This document shows positions 62,618 to 64,000 of a stretch of DNA of 64,000 bases, piece after piece. The DNA lies in contig NC_068992.1 of NCBI RefSeq assembly GCF_001194135.2, positions 4,238,939 through 4,302,938 on the forward strand, given 5' to 3'. Position 1 is the stretch's first letter, and every line of letters starts with the position of its first letter. This stretch comes from Octopus bimaculoides. Lineage: Eukaryota. The notes below the pieces were generated by a model. It was not told where the DNA came from, did not search any database, and saw only the letters and a program-made list of their open reading frames with translations. Position numbers and translations under genes: made by a program.

Positions 62618-63331
62618 CATGTATATATGTATTCTTCCAAACATACACGCAAGGACGCATTACTCTGTTAGGTTGTTATAAGGTCTGTTTATTGACACCC
62701 AGTTATATCTAATGTAATGGAGAATGCATTCATGTATGCGAATCTCTCCCCCTCTCCCTCCTTCTATCCCCCCTCTCTCTCTCTTTCTCTCTATCACACT
62801 CCCTGTATGCCCCTAAATATATGTTCTATATACATGTGCTTGTGTATATGCTCATTGAACCACAAAACCACAAGGAAGTATTAAAGAAGTATCTTTTCAA
62901 GAACACTTTAGAAAAGCTGACATCTATACATAACGTTGCATAAAACTACAAACAAAATAATCCTGAGATAGATGGAATTTAATATGTACCATTACATGTG
63001 TGTGTGTGTATTCTCTATAAATCTTATGATATATATATATATATATATATATATAAGTCGAGTGTAAAATGATGTCTTGGTGTTTAACCCTAAAACCTTC
63101 CTTTATATATTTCTAACGATGTCCATCCAGTTTTTCCGGGTTTCTCTTACAAATATTGGGTATGATTTTAAGGTGTTTTGCACGTAATTTCTATCAGGGC
63201 AACAATCACTTGCAGTGACCCTCCTTTCACATTATCTTAGTCTAGAGAATCTATTATAATAGCTTACAAAGATGTGTGGAACTGGAAGGGAGAGAGTATC
63301 TCCATAATACAGGGATCAGGAAGAAGAATTT

Positions 63332-63410
<79 letters not shown>

Positions 63411-63616
63411 ATATGTAGGTATGTATAATGTTGTCAAGTATGAAATTTGTAGTAAAGTATACGGTAAACTTTGACAGCAGCTCATTTTGCGGCATTATTA
63501 TATTTTGACAATCTTTTTTGTTTGTTAGAAAGCTGACACATCTATTTCTTTATCGTAACTCATTTTGCGCTTGATAAATTATTTATAAATTGTTTTTTTG
63601 CTAATTTTGTTTAGAG

Positions 63617-63743
63617 ATGGATAAGTCGGGAAATTCGTACAGTTTTGAAATATGAGTTCTTTCTTGGAAATGACGAACTGAAAGCCACCGTCGAGTCAGA
63701 TCCATCTCAATGTACCCACGAATTATTGTTGTTGTTTGGTGTC
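63617..63743 (+). mobile_element. Internally deleted mariner transposase fragment
   Basis: MDKS(fs)EIRTVLKYEFFLG fused to NDELKATVESDPSQCTHELLLLFGV; resembles Mos1/Hsmar1-type N-termini (IR...Y.F..G; D.L...VE.DP.QT..EL). Confidence 0.7.
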
Positions 63744-63744
63744 T

Positions 63745-64000
63745 TTCTCTCCCTCTCTTCCTCTCTCATTTTCCTCCTTCTCCCCTTGTCCCATTCTCTC
63801 TCTTTTCACTTTCTCTGTTTCTCTCTCTCATTTTCATTCTCTTACTCTCACTATATCTTTCTCAATCGCTGTCTCAGTCTCTCCCACTCTCTTACTTTCT
63901 CTATTTTTATCACCCTGCCTCTTTCTGTTTCTCATTTCATCTCCCTCTCTCTCCCCAATTACTTATTTCTATTCGTCTCTCTTTCCCCTTTTTCTCTCTC
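63745..64000. repeat. CT-rich low-complexity tract
   Basis: Directly visible. Confidence 0.85.

Overview
Gappy draft-assembly eukaryotic DNA (23 N-gaps), AT-rich and saturated with microsatellites. I infer a coleoid cephalopod, probably Octopus, from the character of the repeats; this is not verified by any search. No host protein-coding gene, rRNA, true tRNA gene or CRISPR array can be supported, and the window looks intronic or intergenic. Recognisable content is mobile-element debris: more than 30 copies or fragments of tRNA-derived SINEs (working labels A, B/C and D), a Tx1/L1-type LINE 3' end, an RTE-type LINE with an inverted RT segment, two R4/Dong-like (restriction-like endonuclease) fragments, several mariner pieces including an 847-bp element built from two left ends, and a decayed pogo/Tigger transposase. 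The most interesting signal is five minimal type-I hammerhead-ribozyme motifs from three unrelated repeat families, all with a palindromic (or one-mutation-from-palindromic) helix III of the Penelope/retrozyme dimer type. One of them is the tail of a tRNA-headed, Pol III-type SINE preceded by an inverted copy of part of its own tail. Family labels and homologies come from my own reading and translation, not from database searches.
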